A stretch of 46,356 bases of DNA, taken from NCBI GenBank assembly GCA_910592345.1, contig CAJVPI010000172.1, forward strand, positions 1-46,356. The letters run 5' to 3'. Position 1 is the stretch's first letter, and every line of letters starts with the position of its first letter. This DNA is from Paraglomus brasilianum (Eukaryota). The translations under genes were made by a program, and so were the position numbers. The notes beneath the pieces are model-generated. The model worked only from the letters and a program-made list of their open reading frames with translations. It was not told the DNA's origin and did not search any database. Shown here one piece after another: positions 1 through 15,980 of the stretch.

Positions 1-419
1 TAATCGTTAACTACACATTGCCCATAATGAAGCGATGCCGAGCATGAACCCTCGGTGTTAGCCCATCGCGTTCACACGTGATGCCTGTTAGATAGTGGGA
101 ATCTTATTCTAATGTCACAGAGAGATTTATAAAAACTACAGGTTTCTGTAAAGTAGTAGCAACTAAAAATTTCTCAATCTTTAAATTATTTCCTTACTTT
201 CAATCAAGGCCATTTCTTAGTCTCTTTAATTTCAATAATTGACCATTCTGTTGTTGCAATTGTATTAATTGAACTTTTATATTTTAATTTGCTAAAAAAA
301 ATTTTATTAATTCTTGAGAAATCTTTTTTTTTAATCTCTCTACTTCTGAGTTTAATATCTAACTCCTTTATTTTATCTAATAACTCCTGTGACTGTCTTT
401 TACAAAATTTTGTTGACTT

Positions 420-500
420 GGGGCAGACTGCAACAAAACCAAACATAGTGAACATTGATTATGTGAACTAAAAGAGGCTGATGTGGCTGGAAAATGAACC
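420..500 (+). mobile_element. Isolated terminus of the GGGGCAGACTGCAAC (Sola-like) DNA transposon family
   Basis: GGGGCAGACTGCAACAAAACCAAACATAGTGAACAT is nearly identical to the termini at 14999, 15256, 21077, 43221 and (reverse) 19947. No partner end was found. Confidence 0.75.
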
Positions 501-642
501 AATTAGCTGGTTAATAGTTAGTATGTTTCAGAGAAACCTGGATGCTAATTTTATGTGTAGTATCTATAATCAGGGTCTTCTGGCTCCACCCATGAGCTTT
601 TTGGCAAGGATAACATAGACCGAATTTTGCAAAAAGATAACG

Positions 643-830
643 TCTCCGGACCAAAACCCCCATTGAAAACGTATGGCGTCTAATGAAAATTAATATACAA
701 AAAAAAGGAAAAAAAAAAGAAAATCAAGTCAGTTAAAGATTTGAAGGGGGAGCTTCAAAAGAATGGAGCCCGTTTCTCTCCCAAGTTGGCAGAAAAATTA
801 TAAACCGTCGTGTAACTGCACTTATAGTTA
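643..830 (+). pseudogene. Tc1/IS630-family transposase C-terminal remnant
   Basis: With one frameshift it translates to SPDQNP-IENVWRLMKINIQKK...KSVKDLKGEL...RRVTALI, matching the SPDLNPIENxW motif around the third catalytic residue of the DDE_3 domain. Confidence 0.75.
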
Positions 831-1039
831 TGCACTTTAAATAAAAAAAAAGGAGGAATTTTGGCACACTGCAGTTAAAATCACGAGCCCAATGTAAGTA
901 AAAAATACTTAGTAAGTAACTTTTTTTTATTAATATAAACACCCGCGTACAGCATACACTGTGTACATGTTAAAAGATAAACCGGTTAACCAGCATAAAA
1001 AACCTATTAAAACAGCCAATATTGTGTAATATTCCCTAA

Positions 1040-2363
1040 ATATAAATGTCATATATTTCTGTGAGTGCATTTTGAACAAAAAAGAAGTCAATTGGAATAG
1101 GATCAGGTAGAATATTTCGGGGGATTTGAATAGGAGACTTCACATTATGATAAAGACAATCGAGTGGGATGTTTATAATGCATTGACCTTGCAAGATATT
1201 CAATGGTGCTCCGGTGCCATCTTGGGTCCCAAATTCAAACTAATAATCATTATACATTACATTGAGATTTTTAAAATGTTAACAGAAAAGCGAATCACTA
1301 TAGTCCAACATTACCGCAGTTACAAGAGGAACTGTATTTCTCGTTCCTCTACCTGCTGAGACACAGTAATGCCAAGCCTACAATAAATCAAAATTTAGAA
1401 TGTTATACAAATAATATGATTGCTATACTATAAATATAACTTACCCTCATACGGACCGGTACTTGGCCTTGGGGAACCGGATCGATTTTTACAATAATAC
1501 AATCATGGACGCGACCAGGACTTAACCAGTAGTGCAACGTTTCTTCGACGTAATCTAATGTTTCGGTATAAGCCACCTCTATAACTAAATTTGGCCAAGG
1601 AAAATCCTAAATAAAAAAAGTATATTTGAATTACTAACTTTAATGAATTCAAATCCAATAAAAAGTACAGAAAGTACATTTCTATCGCTCCCATTTGGTG
1701 GAGTTACAGCTGGTTTTTTGGGGCGAAACGATTCATCGGGTTCTTTTCCACGGTTTCCGCCACGTGTTCCTTTGGGAAATAAAAATCAATATGATGCACG
1801 CACAAGCAGTTAGCACCTAAACTATAAATATCAGCATTGGTAAAAGCATTGGCACATTAACATCCTAGTAACTGCACCAATAACAACTTCGTGTGGTGTA
1901 GAAGGAAGTTCATATATTATGACTTTTCCCTCCGACCATTCCCAATATCCATGAATGTTAAATTTTTCTACACGTTCTTCATAATCTTCTATGATGATGC
2001 CCGTAGCAAGTACATATGGTAGGCTTAATATAAACAGTTTATACCAGCAAATGGCTCAAAAAACACCAACATCAAACAGTAAAACTTACGTTACTTCATC
2101 CCATCTCGCTTTTTCATTAAATTCTCCCTTTTCCCACCACAAGTTTCGATAATAGTTGCAGTCTGACATTCTTTTTGGAATCGCATCAGTACTATCCCTA
2201 AGAATATTTCCGAAAATAAGGAGTAACAATTATACAAATTTACTTACTCAATGGCTACAGAGCTTGCACTTGCACTTGAACTTGTTTTACTTGTTTTGTT
2301 GAACTAAAGCTACTAAAGCTGCTGAAACTGGTATTCGCAGTATACCGGTATATAAAGTGACAT
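1040..2363 (-). pseudogene. Uma2-like PD-(D/E)xK nuclease (Crinkler-type REase) pseudogene, multi-exon
   Basis: Spliced minus-strand pieces give YWEWSEGKVIIYELPSTPHEV, GKEPDESFRPKKP, PWPNLVIEVAYTET, YWLSPGRVHDCIIVKID and FEFGTQDG. An in-frame TGA/frameshift lies near 1830 and another frameshift near 1120. Boundaries are approximate. Confidence 0.7.
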
Positions 2364-2932
2364 TTTGATGTTTTTGGAAAGATGGTTTACGTTTTTGGAA
2401 GGATCAGTAAATTTTGCAATTATTATTCCCCCATGACCAAACCAATATCATCATGATCCATTGCTCTGTTGCAGTAACATAAATGACGGAGTAATACAAA
2501 TTTTTATTAGAAAAAAAAAATCGGTTCTTTAAAAATTTTGGAGTAATAGACGCAAACATGCGAAGTCATTTTTTTAGATGCAGTTGTATCTTCATATTTT
2601 ATCAATACACCATGCATTGGTCTTACGATGGGTCCCTTAAAGCTGTAAAGCTGTTCATTCTCAGCAAAAGAGCTCCTCCCAGCATGGAGAAAGTGCTATC
2701 TGACTGCCTTAAAGAAAATATTCCTTGACAATCATCAGAAACAAGATGAACTTAAACTCATTTGCTGTCTTGCAACAAATCTTGTTGCCCAGGTCAGTCA
2801 CTTGTTTCAGATTATTTGTGCAATGCAGGGAGGGGGTGTTGTTCCTCTAAAAAGAGTTCCCTTTGGGGTGTTGTTCCTTTTTTTTAATGGGGTATCCGTT
2901 TGCTATACTAAATTTAGTATAGTCTTCAATCG

Positions 2933-3800
2933 ATGATTACGTGTAGAATCATCAAATTGTCACATGAAAAATTCACAGAATGTGTAAACGATATTAAACG
3001 AGTTGCGAAAAAGATTGAAGTTGCCGATGCGGAATTAATAGCCAATGCCCCAGATATTAGTCCTGACGGTGCTGAAATTATTAAACAAATGCCTACACAT
3101 TCATTTACTGATAATATGGCTTTACAACGCCATTATTTATGGAAAATATATGCTTATGATACTCGAAATTGGTTAAACTATGCAATAAAAGCTCTGGAAA
3201 ATTTAAAAATCAAAGAAGCCGTACAATGGGAGGAATCCCGATTTTCTGGCGAAAATTCTTTCAGATGAAGATTTTGCAAAAGCAGTCAATCGAAAAATTT
3301 ATCAAAATTCGTCAAGATGCGTTATTGCTTTTCGGATTTAAGTCTCGGGCTGAGGAGTCACCTGAGCTTAAAGCCGCTATAAAGTTTATTAATGCAATAG
3401 TAGGTAATTGGATTATAGTCAAGTCGTACAGTATATTACTATATATCGTATTTAACACAATGCTGACCAGAATTAATGTTAGTCTTTACAATGAAGATTA
3501 CTTCTTATATAGGAATTATACTGTGCAATGTTAAAAGTGTGGGATAAATGTGTGGGATTTCTTGACCATAATGGAAATAGGTGCGGCTACGAAAACTTTC
3601 AGGTTCAAAAATGGAAACGTAATTATTGGATTGATCGCCGACCGTATAATGGAGCTGGTTTTAATACACGAAGCGCACTTTCTCCAAAAAATAAAAAATT
3701 AGTACCTACACTTCCGTCATATAAACCAGAAGAAGCAAAGCTTGCATCATCAATCGCTGATGGTAACCAAAAATTTATCATTAATCCAGTAAAGTGGTAA
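2933..3800 (+). pseudogene. Fragmented gene resembling the C-terminal part of Glomeromycota 'replication origin-binding protein' (UL9-like helicase) genes
   Basis: Three overlapping ORFs in different frames (IANAPDISPDGAE...ALQRHYLWKIY; LKAAIKFINAIVGNW; YWIDRRPY...PTLPSYKP) read as one frameshifted gene. The family call is recalled similarity only. Confidence 0.4.
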
Positions 3801-4586
3801 TCGAGTTAAGTAATGAATCTCTGGTATACTGTTATATTTAACTAACGTTCGCTTAGGTAAATAGGAATTTTTGTTACGTTTTATAAATGTATGAAAAAAT
3901 TCAATTAGTATATAATGAAACAGTATCAGTTTAATATGGGTTTCCATAATAACATTATTATTGGCTAGTGAATATACGGTTATCAAAGTATACTTTCAAC
4001 TATATTCCATGATGTAGGGTTTGGGATAAAACTAAAACATGTTTTACATAATCGATCATATATGAATAAACATATTAATTCAGGGCAGCATTATTACCTA
4101 AGCTAACGTCCCGAAGTTACAAGTAAAGTGTACTTGCACCAATAAAATATTTTGAAGTATCTTTTACTTAATATCTCAAATGATATGCAACTGACCTTAA
4201 CCGGGTAAAAAGTGACTTTTTTCGGGTCTAAGCTAAATTAACTGCAATAAGTGTGTTACTGGTTTGTAAAACGTGAACGTATAGACAAGTCTAATTTTTT
4301 AACGAAAATCATCGGTTGTGCGGCTAATTCGCTTAGTCATGACCAAGAAAAACAAGAAAAACCACGCTATTCCGCCCAGACCTCGTCAAACCCAAAGCGG
4401 AAGCCAAGAATCAACTGCTTGTGCTTCAGCGTCGAGAGAGATATCCGCCATAATTATGATCTCATAATACATAATAATAACTTGTTTATGTATTGTATTG
4501 TCCGTAGAGGTTACACAAACTTACGCGAATATTTATTTCATGTGAATTCGCGTTTCAATTTGCAATTATTCAAATTATTTATCAGC

Positions 4587-6143
4587 ATGAGTGGAGCCAG
4601 ACCCATCTCTTCCCTTGATTTGAGTCCTGGAATTCGAACAAAACTGACTAAAGCCGGGTTCCAAACTGTTAGGGATCTTGAAGAAACAACGCCAGTCGAT
4701 TTGAGCAAAGGTTTATATAATAAGAACTATCCAGGATACGCTTTGTTTGTGAAATCCATCTAACTGACAGCCACAATTAAGAGCTAGGAATATCAACTGA
4801 TGATGCCCTTAAAATTTTACAACAAACAAAAAGAAGTATGCATACTATCACATTCTAAAGACCTGATTTCAAAACTGGAGCTAAGTGAATGTCTTGTTTT
4901 TGCTTAGATACTGTAGACGCCATGTCTGCCTCCGAGGTACTCGTGCGCGAACGTCTCGCCGCTTCCATATCCACGTCCAGCAATGCTATCGATAACATGC
5001 TAGGTGGTGGTGTACCAATCAGAAAGATCACAGAGTTCTGTGGTGCCCCGGGAATAGGGAAAACTCAATTTGGGTATAATTTGTCAGAGTCATTTATTTG
5101 CTCGCTTTTTCTGTTTTAACTTGATACTAATACATGTTATTTTTTCGTGACAGAATTCAATTATCTGTAAATGTTCAAATACCAGAAACTTTATCAGGGC
5201 CCGAGGGTGAGGCGGTGTATATTGGTACGTATATAGATGCCAAAGAGCAATAATATGATTCCATAACTAATGCTGCATCAATATCATTGTTCAGATACTG
5301 AAGGCAGCTTTATAGCTCAACGGGCAGCAGAGATAGCTAGTGCAATGGTTGAGAGAGTTAACGGTCATCAACACGGTATCTGAATGGAATATCATTCATT
5401 ATTTGTTTATAGTTATTTATGTTAGCGTTATTGTTCATGTATCCTTAGCCGTTTAGCAGGAACGGAAGCATTAGTTAATGTGGATACTATTCTATCGAAG
5501 ATTCACTACTTCAGACTACATAATTGCGTTGAATTAATTGCACTTGTTAAGGTGCTAGACGAATTTTTGAAAGAGCATTCAAAAGTGAGTGACATATGCC
5601 TACATATCTTTTATGAATCCATTATTTGATATAAAGACTACTTCTCATGTACAGGTCAAAATCATTATAATCGACTCGATCGCATTTCATTTTCGTCACG
5701 GTTTTAGTGACATGGCTCTTCGAACAAGGATATTAAATAGCTTGGCGCAGGATCTAACGAAAATTGCCCATTCCTTTAACCTCGCGGTATGTGATCAATG
5801 GCAGTATTTTCCGCAATAGTCTCGGCTGACCGCAATTCTAACATATGAGAATGGACAGGTTGTTATATTTAATCAGATGACTACGAAATTCTTCGTTTCC
5901 AGCGATCGATCCGCAACAGATCAAGCAATATTGATCCCGGCGCTCGGGGAGAGCTGGGCGCATCAATGCAACAATAGGATTATACTTTATTGGCAAGATG
6001 GTATACGATGTGCCAATTTGATCAAATCGGCAAACCGTCGGGAACAGATTGTAACCTATCAAATTGGTGCTACTGGGATACGAGACGTTATTGACGATGC
6101 ATCAAGTAGTCGAAAACGGCCTCGCGAAGACTTGAATGATTAG
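4587..6143 (+). CDS. RAD51C: DNA repair protein RAD51 paralog C (multi-exon)
   Basis: N-terminal HhH-like LSPGIRTKLTKAGFQT, Walker A ITEFCGAPGIGKTQ, YIDTEGSF, Walker B IIIIDSIAFHFRH, and PALGESWAH. GT-AG introns join these in frame. Confidence 0.9.
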
Positions 6144-6234
6144 AAATCCACGCATTACGAGTGCCCATTTAATTACTGTCAAATAAATATATCAACTTTG
6201 CAACCAAGAGTGAGATCTGTAACTTGTGGATGAA

Positions 6235-8271
6235 TCATGGACTATTAATAGCAGGTAATATTTTACCGCTACAGTCTCCAAATCCTACTATATAACCCTC
6301 CCCCTGACAATAACCAGTGAGGACTACTTCGTCTCCATCTTCGATAAACTTACGCTTTATACCATTATCGTAATCTATTTCATTCTGTCCGTTCCACGTA
6401 AGTTCGAGTAAAGAGCCTCTAGAACCTTCAGACTATAATTCGGAAATGGTTAAATTCAGTATTCGTCTTCTACGTACGTGCTATCAAAAGCTTGATTGCT
6501 ACTTACCGGACCACTAATAGTTCCTGTGCCACACAAATCACCTGGGCGCATATTACAACCACCCACGGTGTGATGAGCTATTTGCTGTTTGAACGACCAG
6601 TACATGTATTTTAAATTGGAGCGAGTTACCGTCTTGTACGCATTGCTGTCATAAGCTGTTATACAGAATTAAAAGATTTTAGGGAATATGATACACTATA
6701 ATGAAATACATATATGATTAAGATTTTGCAAAGAAAATTACGTTTGATCTTTGCTTCCAGCTGAACATTGTACGCAGATGGGCCATTATCCCGGAGATAA
6801 GGAAGCGGTTCTGGTTTCTGGAAGATGTACATGTTAGTACATTGATAATGGAGTAGAATCTTAGATAGTATAATAACCTGTTCGGGTCCTTTTACTAAAA
6901 ACGGCTCCAATGCATCAAGAGTTACAACCCATGGCGAGATACTCGTCCCAAAGTTTTTCCCCAAGAACGGACCTGTAGCAAATGCAAAGTTGCATTAACC
7001 AAAAAGTTGTGATAAAATATATACAAAGTCTATTTCTATCAAAACTAGTATACTTTACCTAAAGGTACGTATTCCCAAGCTTACGTAGACAAACAATTCA
7101 GCAGATATCCGAATATGCTAAAATATCTTGGAATAACTTACATTGAATATCGCGTGCTATTGACAACATAGAGTTATAATTAAACGTTCCTTCCTGCTCA
7201 ATATAACACGTCAATTCAAACATTTACCACTCCAATCGTTCATTAAGACAACTCCAAATATGTGATTATTCGCTTTGTTAATAGGGATTGCGTTGCCAAG
7301 TTCATTGCCAACTCCGATAATGAAAGCCTTCGAGGAGCATGAGCAAATTTAGAATTGAGAATGGGCATTGTGAAATATTTTGCATAGTGATCATACCATC
7401 TCCAATTCAAAGTCCAGTCGTATCGAAGCACCAAATACTGGTGGATTATTTTTGGCTAACAATCGTTGTCCACACGGGCGTCTTAAAGCAGTACCAGAGA
7501 CAACTACAGACGACGAACGACCATGATATCCAACTGGTAGATGCGTCCTGGATTCAACGAAAATTTAATTAATTCACACCAAATAAGATCAATATTTTGG
7601 GCTAACAGATACTATCACATGTGTCTTTTAATACCAGTTGGGCATTAGTGCATTATCGCTTCCTCTAAACATGGTTCCAACGTTCGTCGCGTGCTCTTTT
7701 GAAGCATAGAAATCCGTATAATCTCCGATTTGTGCTGGTAAATGCATATTTGCTAAATTTTGAGCAACAAATGCCTTCGCTCTCAATTCAGCATCATCCC
7801 GCAATTCTGAATTGTCAGCAGACAGAATGTTCTGAAGGCATTTACGCACAGCTTTCCATATTGGTCTACCTAATGACATAAAAGAATTGAGAGACGACTG
7901 AAAAGAGTTGAATGTAATTTAGTTCGCTTCGAATGATAGTAAATGAATGCAAACTGACATTATTAACCTCTTTAAAAATCATTGGTTTTTGCCCCAATTC
8001 TGGGACATGTTTCTCGATTAGCGCATGGATAACTGATAAATCTAAAATCTCGTCTCCGATTGCTACTCCAACGCGTGGATTTGGCTAAATAGTGTTCAAC
8101 ATCGCTCGTTAACATATACATTTTATAGTATTCACTGAACAGATTATCCATAAAAAGATTGAACAATCTTGTTCGTTTATTTCTTACATTCTCAACAGTA
8201 GAAAAGATGCCATACGGCAAATTCTGAATGGGGAAATGAGAATCGGGAGCAACTTTAATAAAGGATTTCAT
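6235..8271 (-). CDS. FAH: Fumarylacetoacetase (multi-exon)
   Basis: [83 protein letters not shown]. Stop TGA at 6235-6237. Confidence 0.95.
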
Positions 8272-8980
8272 CGTTTGCGAGAAAGAGTTCGCAAAGTTGA
8301 TTTAGAGTGAAAGGCGTGAGAAATTTCATATTAAATATTTTCCACATTCTCGTAGCACGAGCTTCCCAAAGTTCTATAGGAAGATTCCAAATGCAGCTAG
8401 TCCATGAATTTCATGTCGCTTACACCAAATGTCACATGAGATAAACACAATGTAATACCGTTTTCGTGCATTCATGTAAATTTGCTCTAAATTACTAGTC
8501 ATTCACAAAAGTCAAAAATCTGATAAACTACTTAGTATGTGTATAATTAATCTCGCATTTAAAGACAGCATTTGTATTAAACAATTTTATGTGCTCCTTA
8601 CACTACAAAGGATATATATGACCATCTTCTATTCCTTCAAATCACGATGTGAACATCCGTGTACCCAACAACTGTTTCTCTCATGAACTCTAACAATGAT
8701 CAATGCCTAGATTGCATACTACATATGTAGAGTTGTAGTTAGCTTTGATCTCAAACGCTTTGTGGTCGAGATTCTTCAGAAACTCGTAATAAGTAATAAT
8801 AATTAATCTTTATTTTAACCAACTGTATTCTAACACGTCTAAAAAAATGTGGTAGAAATGAAATAAGAACCAAGTGTCCTTAACGCAATTACGTTCGGCC
8901 AATTTGATTCCCGAATTAAATAAAACAAGGTAAATCCGCTTCCACAAGGAACACAACGGCGCTGCCAATTAATCATCATT

Positions 8981-12090
<3,110 letters not shown>

Positions 12091-12232
12091 TTATTTTTTC
12101 CAATACCCGATAATCGCGAAATTCTCAACAAAATTCTCTTTGTCAACGAATAGTTTGTGAAACGTTGTGTCATGTCATTTATTGATTGGCTGGTTGATGA
12201 AATTTAACAATATGTTCTAATACTATTCGATG

Positions 12233-13442
12233 CTACTCAAATAATCCTGCGAAAAATTCATCATATTCTTCTGATGTCGTCTTTTCTATCTCTGGTATTA
12301 TAGGTTGGCTCCATATATTAGAGGACTCTTCTTTTGAATCCGGTAGTTCATGTGCTGTAAGGATGCATATTATGTTGATAACGGAATACTGGAAAAAGCT
12401 ACACCAATCACATATGCAAAACTTACTGTATTTTCGCTTCTTGTCCATACCACTTTCTTCTTTATTAGTTACACTCGATTCGTCTTCTGATTCTCTTTTT
12501 ATCTCTGCTTTAGAATTATTATCGTCCTCATATTCCTCTCTTCCTCGTTTCTCCTTCGGTTTAACATCCTTCGGCTTGCTTTGTATTTCATTGTGCTTCT
12601 TTTCATAATTGAGCTTGTCAGAGCAGGAAGGACAAAGGCGAATCTTTACGAGAGCATTTTTCTTTTGATTATCTTCAACGTATGCGAAATTAATTTCCCA
12701 TGAACGCAGATGTTCTCTTTCCGAACATCTCGTTGACGCACAAATAAATTGTCCTTTCGAATGCAATTACTGATTATTAGTCTCAAGCAAAGATAATCGA
12801 ATGCTTACTGTCTATCTAAAACTCTGAGAGACGTACCTTTTCCCGATATAACTTCTTTTTCAATCCTCCATCGCAAAGCAATCTACATAAAACAGGTATA
12901 TGTTTGCATATAAACGAATTTAATCACGATTTGGCCTTGACAACTTACCTTGCCCTGCTTATAGTACTTTAATTCTACTATACAATACTCCTTAAATAAT
13001 TTGTCGTAGTATTTCTTTGCAACTCGTTGTTCCCAGGACATATTCTCGTCATCGTCAGCTGTTCGAAGGAATCTGTAGAATCAACTGTATTAATGTGACA
13101 TAAAACCACCGTTCATTCGACATGGTTCGGTTGCTTACTTGTGATTCTCCTTTAGAATATCAAGCTCTGTCTTCGAAACTGTCTCCGCAGACGTACTTGC
13201 GCGGTTTCCGTAGAAGTGTACATAATCTCTCATAAACTTCTTATGCCTGGCATACTAATACATAGCGAGCCCTTAGATCAGGAACTGCAATGACGCATAC
13301 ATATAATAAATATATAAGCGTGACTTTGCGAGGTATTTAAACATTCTTTACTCACAGCGTCCAACCCTTTCAAATTGTCCCTAAAGACAGATCTAGCATA
13401 TTCATTCTGTTCCTCTCGCTTTACTATAAACGGGTTTGACAT
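12233..13442 (-). CDS. FRA10AC1: FRA10AC1 family spliceosome-associated protein (multi-exon)
   Basis: ILKENHKFLR, WEQRVAKKYYDKLFKEYCI, IALRWRIEKEVISGKGQFIC, LRSWEINFAYVE, KNALVKIRLCPSCSDKLNY, C-terminal EEYDEFFAGLF. Confidence 0.9.
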
Positions 13443-13642
13443 AAGTTGATAACGTAAATGGTAATAAGAAATATAACGATAATCCAGCGTAACGTCTACT
13501 ACTACATGTTGTTATTGTGATTATTCAATCACGTGTTCCCGTGTTATTCGGAACTTCGGCTCTGACTTCTGATTGGACGATCAAACTAAAGTCGATAAAG
13601 ATCAAAAACGACATATTGACGACATTGCTTTAAACATTCATA
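13443..13642. promoter_or_regulatory. Putative bidirectional promoter between FRA10AC1 and TIM21
   Basis: Only 200 bp separate the divergent ATGs. Contains CACGTG (~13530) and an inverted CCAAT (ATTGG, ~13572). Confidence 0.5.
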
Positions 13643-14804
13643 ATGTCCCTTTTGTCTCTTTCGTCTCTTTCGTATCGCCGTGTCTTATCCCTGCGATGCT
13701 ACACACATTCATTTCCTCACATACCCGCATCCAATAGATCTTGTCTCCTCAGCAGACGAATAAACAGTCGACGTTCAATTTCGGTCTCGGTTCGAAAAGA
13801 ACAAGGGCGGAGACGTACCGCACTAGTTGAGAGAGATTCAATAAATCGGTGGGAGAATCTGACGCCTAGAGAGAAGGGTCTGTATTATAGGTATTTGGAG
13901 CTTTACCTTGCGGGGCATTAACGCGGATTACACTGTGCTTTAGTCGTTGGAGCAACGAAGACAACGTTTAGTTTCGGTGTAATAGCTTTGAGTATTGGAA
14001 TATGTGGTATGATTGTCTTTACATGCTATTAATTCACAATGAGTGTTGTTTTCCTTGACCAATATTTATTGACGTTTTTCTGCTTCATGCGATAAAAGGC
14101 ACCGTTTTTTATCTTTTAATAAACGAGCTTTTTAGCCCTTCAGGATCTACAAAAGTTTTCGGCGAAGCTCTAGAGAAAATCAGAGCACATCCGCAGGTAG
14201 GATTGCTGGTTGCCACTACAATTCTCATCGTGTGCTGCCATCCTGACCGTTTATTCGACCGTACTTTTTCTCCAGTGTCAAGAAGACTTGGGAACTCCAA
14301 TAAAAGGTCATGGTGCACCAGGTTATAATAGAAGACAACGTTCTAGGCGAGTGCGGTAAGTGACATTGATCAAATAGTTACTTTTCTGTACATCAACTGA
14401 CTAATACTCTTTGCAGGCTACATAACGTAATGAAGACCGATGGGACTGAACATAGAGTGATGACATTCTATGTCGAAGGACCCGTTCGTTATGGGATGGC
14501 ATACCTCGATCAAGTGAAGGTAGAATGAAAAGATCCGCCCACTTCCTTATGTAAAATAACTTACAGGTTTAATAGAAAATTTCTTGTCTTATAAAGGACG
14601 AGGAGGGAAACTGGAAAACCGAGTCTCTAGTAGTAGATTTACCCGGTTAGTTGACAATATTTGTACTACATCACGTGGACGCGTATGTATCAATTAACAT
14701 CATCTTTATTTCCTAATATAGCAAACCGTTTACATTTGGCACGGCGAATATTTGTAGAATATAACCGTAACGAGAAAGCTCTTCCGAAAGAGGGAGTAAA
14801 ATAA
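13643..14804 (+). CDS. TIM21: Mitochondrial inner membrane translocase subunit Tim21 (multi-exon)
   Basis: Arg/Ser-rich presequence, one hydrophobic segment (FSFGVIALSIGICG), then ELFSPSGSTKVFGEALEKIRAHPQ, LGTPIKGHG and MTFYVEGP. Stop at 14802-14804. Confidence 0.85.
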
Positions 14805-15255
14805 GATACTACTATCACATATTATAGACTACATCTAAATAAGCCAATTTTGTCCATTTTATGTAAATCGTATACCTCTTCTTCGTATGCCATAGCATAC
14901 CAGTACTGTAGTAATAATGATAAATATGTTTGTTATGAGAATGAGCTTCTATAACATGTATACGTTTGAGTATTAAGTCTGGATTCAGTATTTCAAATGG
15001 GGCAGACTGCAACAAAACCAGACAAAGTAAACATTCTGTTACTTGACGTAAATGAGATGCTGGTGTGGCTCTAATTTGATGGTTTGATTATTCACAACTG
15101 CTGGCTCATACACAAATTATGTAAATATAAATTACATTCTTAAGTTTATATTATAATTATGCCAAATTTTAACTAACATTCAACCTTATTGAGAAGAACT
15201 TTTACTTTAATTACAATATGTTTAAATAAAATTATGCCTATATAAAAATAAATAT

Positions 15256-15310
15256 GGGGCAGACTGCAACAAAACCAGACAGAGTGAACATTAGACTGTG
15301 GGAGCTGGTT
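15256..15310 (+). mobile_element. Nested terminus of the same Sola-like family inserted in the left TIR
   Basis: ATAT|GGGGCAGACTGCAACAAAACCAGACAGAGTGAACAT begins exactly where left/right TIR similarity stops. Confidence 0.7.
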
Positions 15311-15980
15311 TTTTTTTGGTCAACTATGCTATCAGTTTTTCGTGTGGCTTTGATGCAAGGAATGAAAGTTAATCTTAAAAGGCCATAATCACATATCCTT
15401 TTGTCCTTTCATGTTCATTCTGGGACTGAAGCATAACAAAGACCTTTACTTCCATATCAGGACAAAAGAAATGAAGAATTCTACGGAATTGATATTTTCA
15501 TTTAAACACCAGGAAACTACTTTTTCTTCAAACTCAACTGTATCGTTACGGCTGATAAGCAAAGCCCGCAGTAAACTCCCATGATTCAAATGTATTTTTA
15601 GATAGTAGCATAAAGCGTTTCGCATTTTGAGCGCAGATAGCTAAATAAAACTCTGAATCCAATCCAAAGCTGACACGTCGATTATTAATCGAGTGGACTA
15701 AATCGACCATAAAGGTTGTGAAGTGAAACTCGTAGTTCAAATACTCTCTCTGAGCAGTAATTAATAAAGCAAAATCGACCATAAAGGCTATGAGCTGGAA
15801 GCAACGATTATTTTTATTTATTTCAGTTAAATTAGAAGATACAAGTGGCGGAACGACTAGTCAAAACACCAAATCGAGGTTTGCTTTGTTATAAATTTTA
15901 GAATAGTATTTCCACTTATAATTGATGGTTGTTGTCGATTATTTGTGGGCCTTACTTGGATACGTAGTACTAATAGAGTA

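Noticed and set aside
29..73. Small nested hairpin GCGATG-CCGAG...CTCGG...CATCGC
   Set aside because: Short stems at the window edge with no RNA-family hallmarks.
204..471. ORFs 204-455 and 289-471
   Set aside because: They run across the transposon terminus at 420 and have no recognisable motif.
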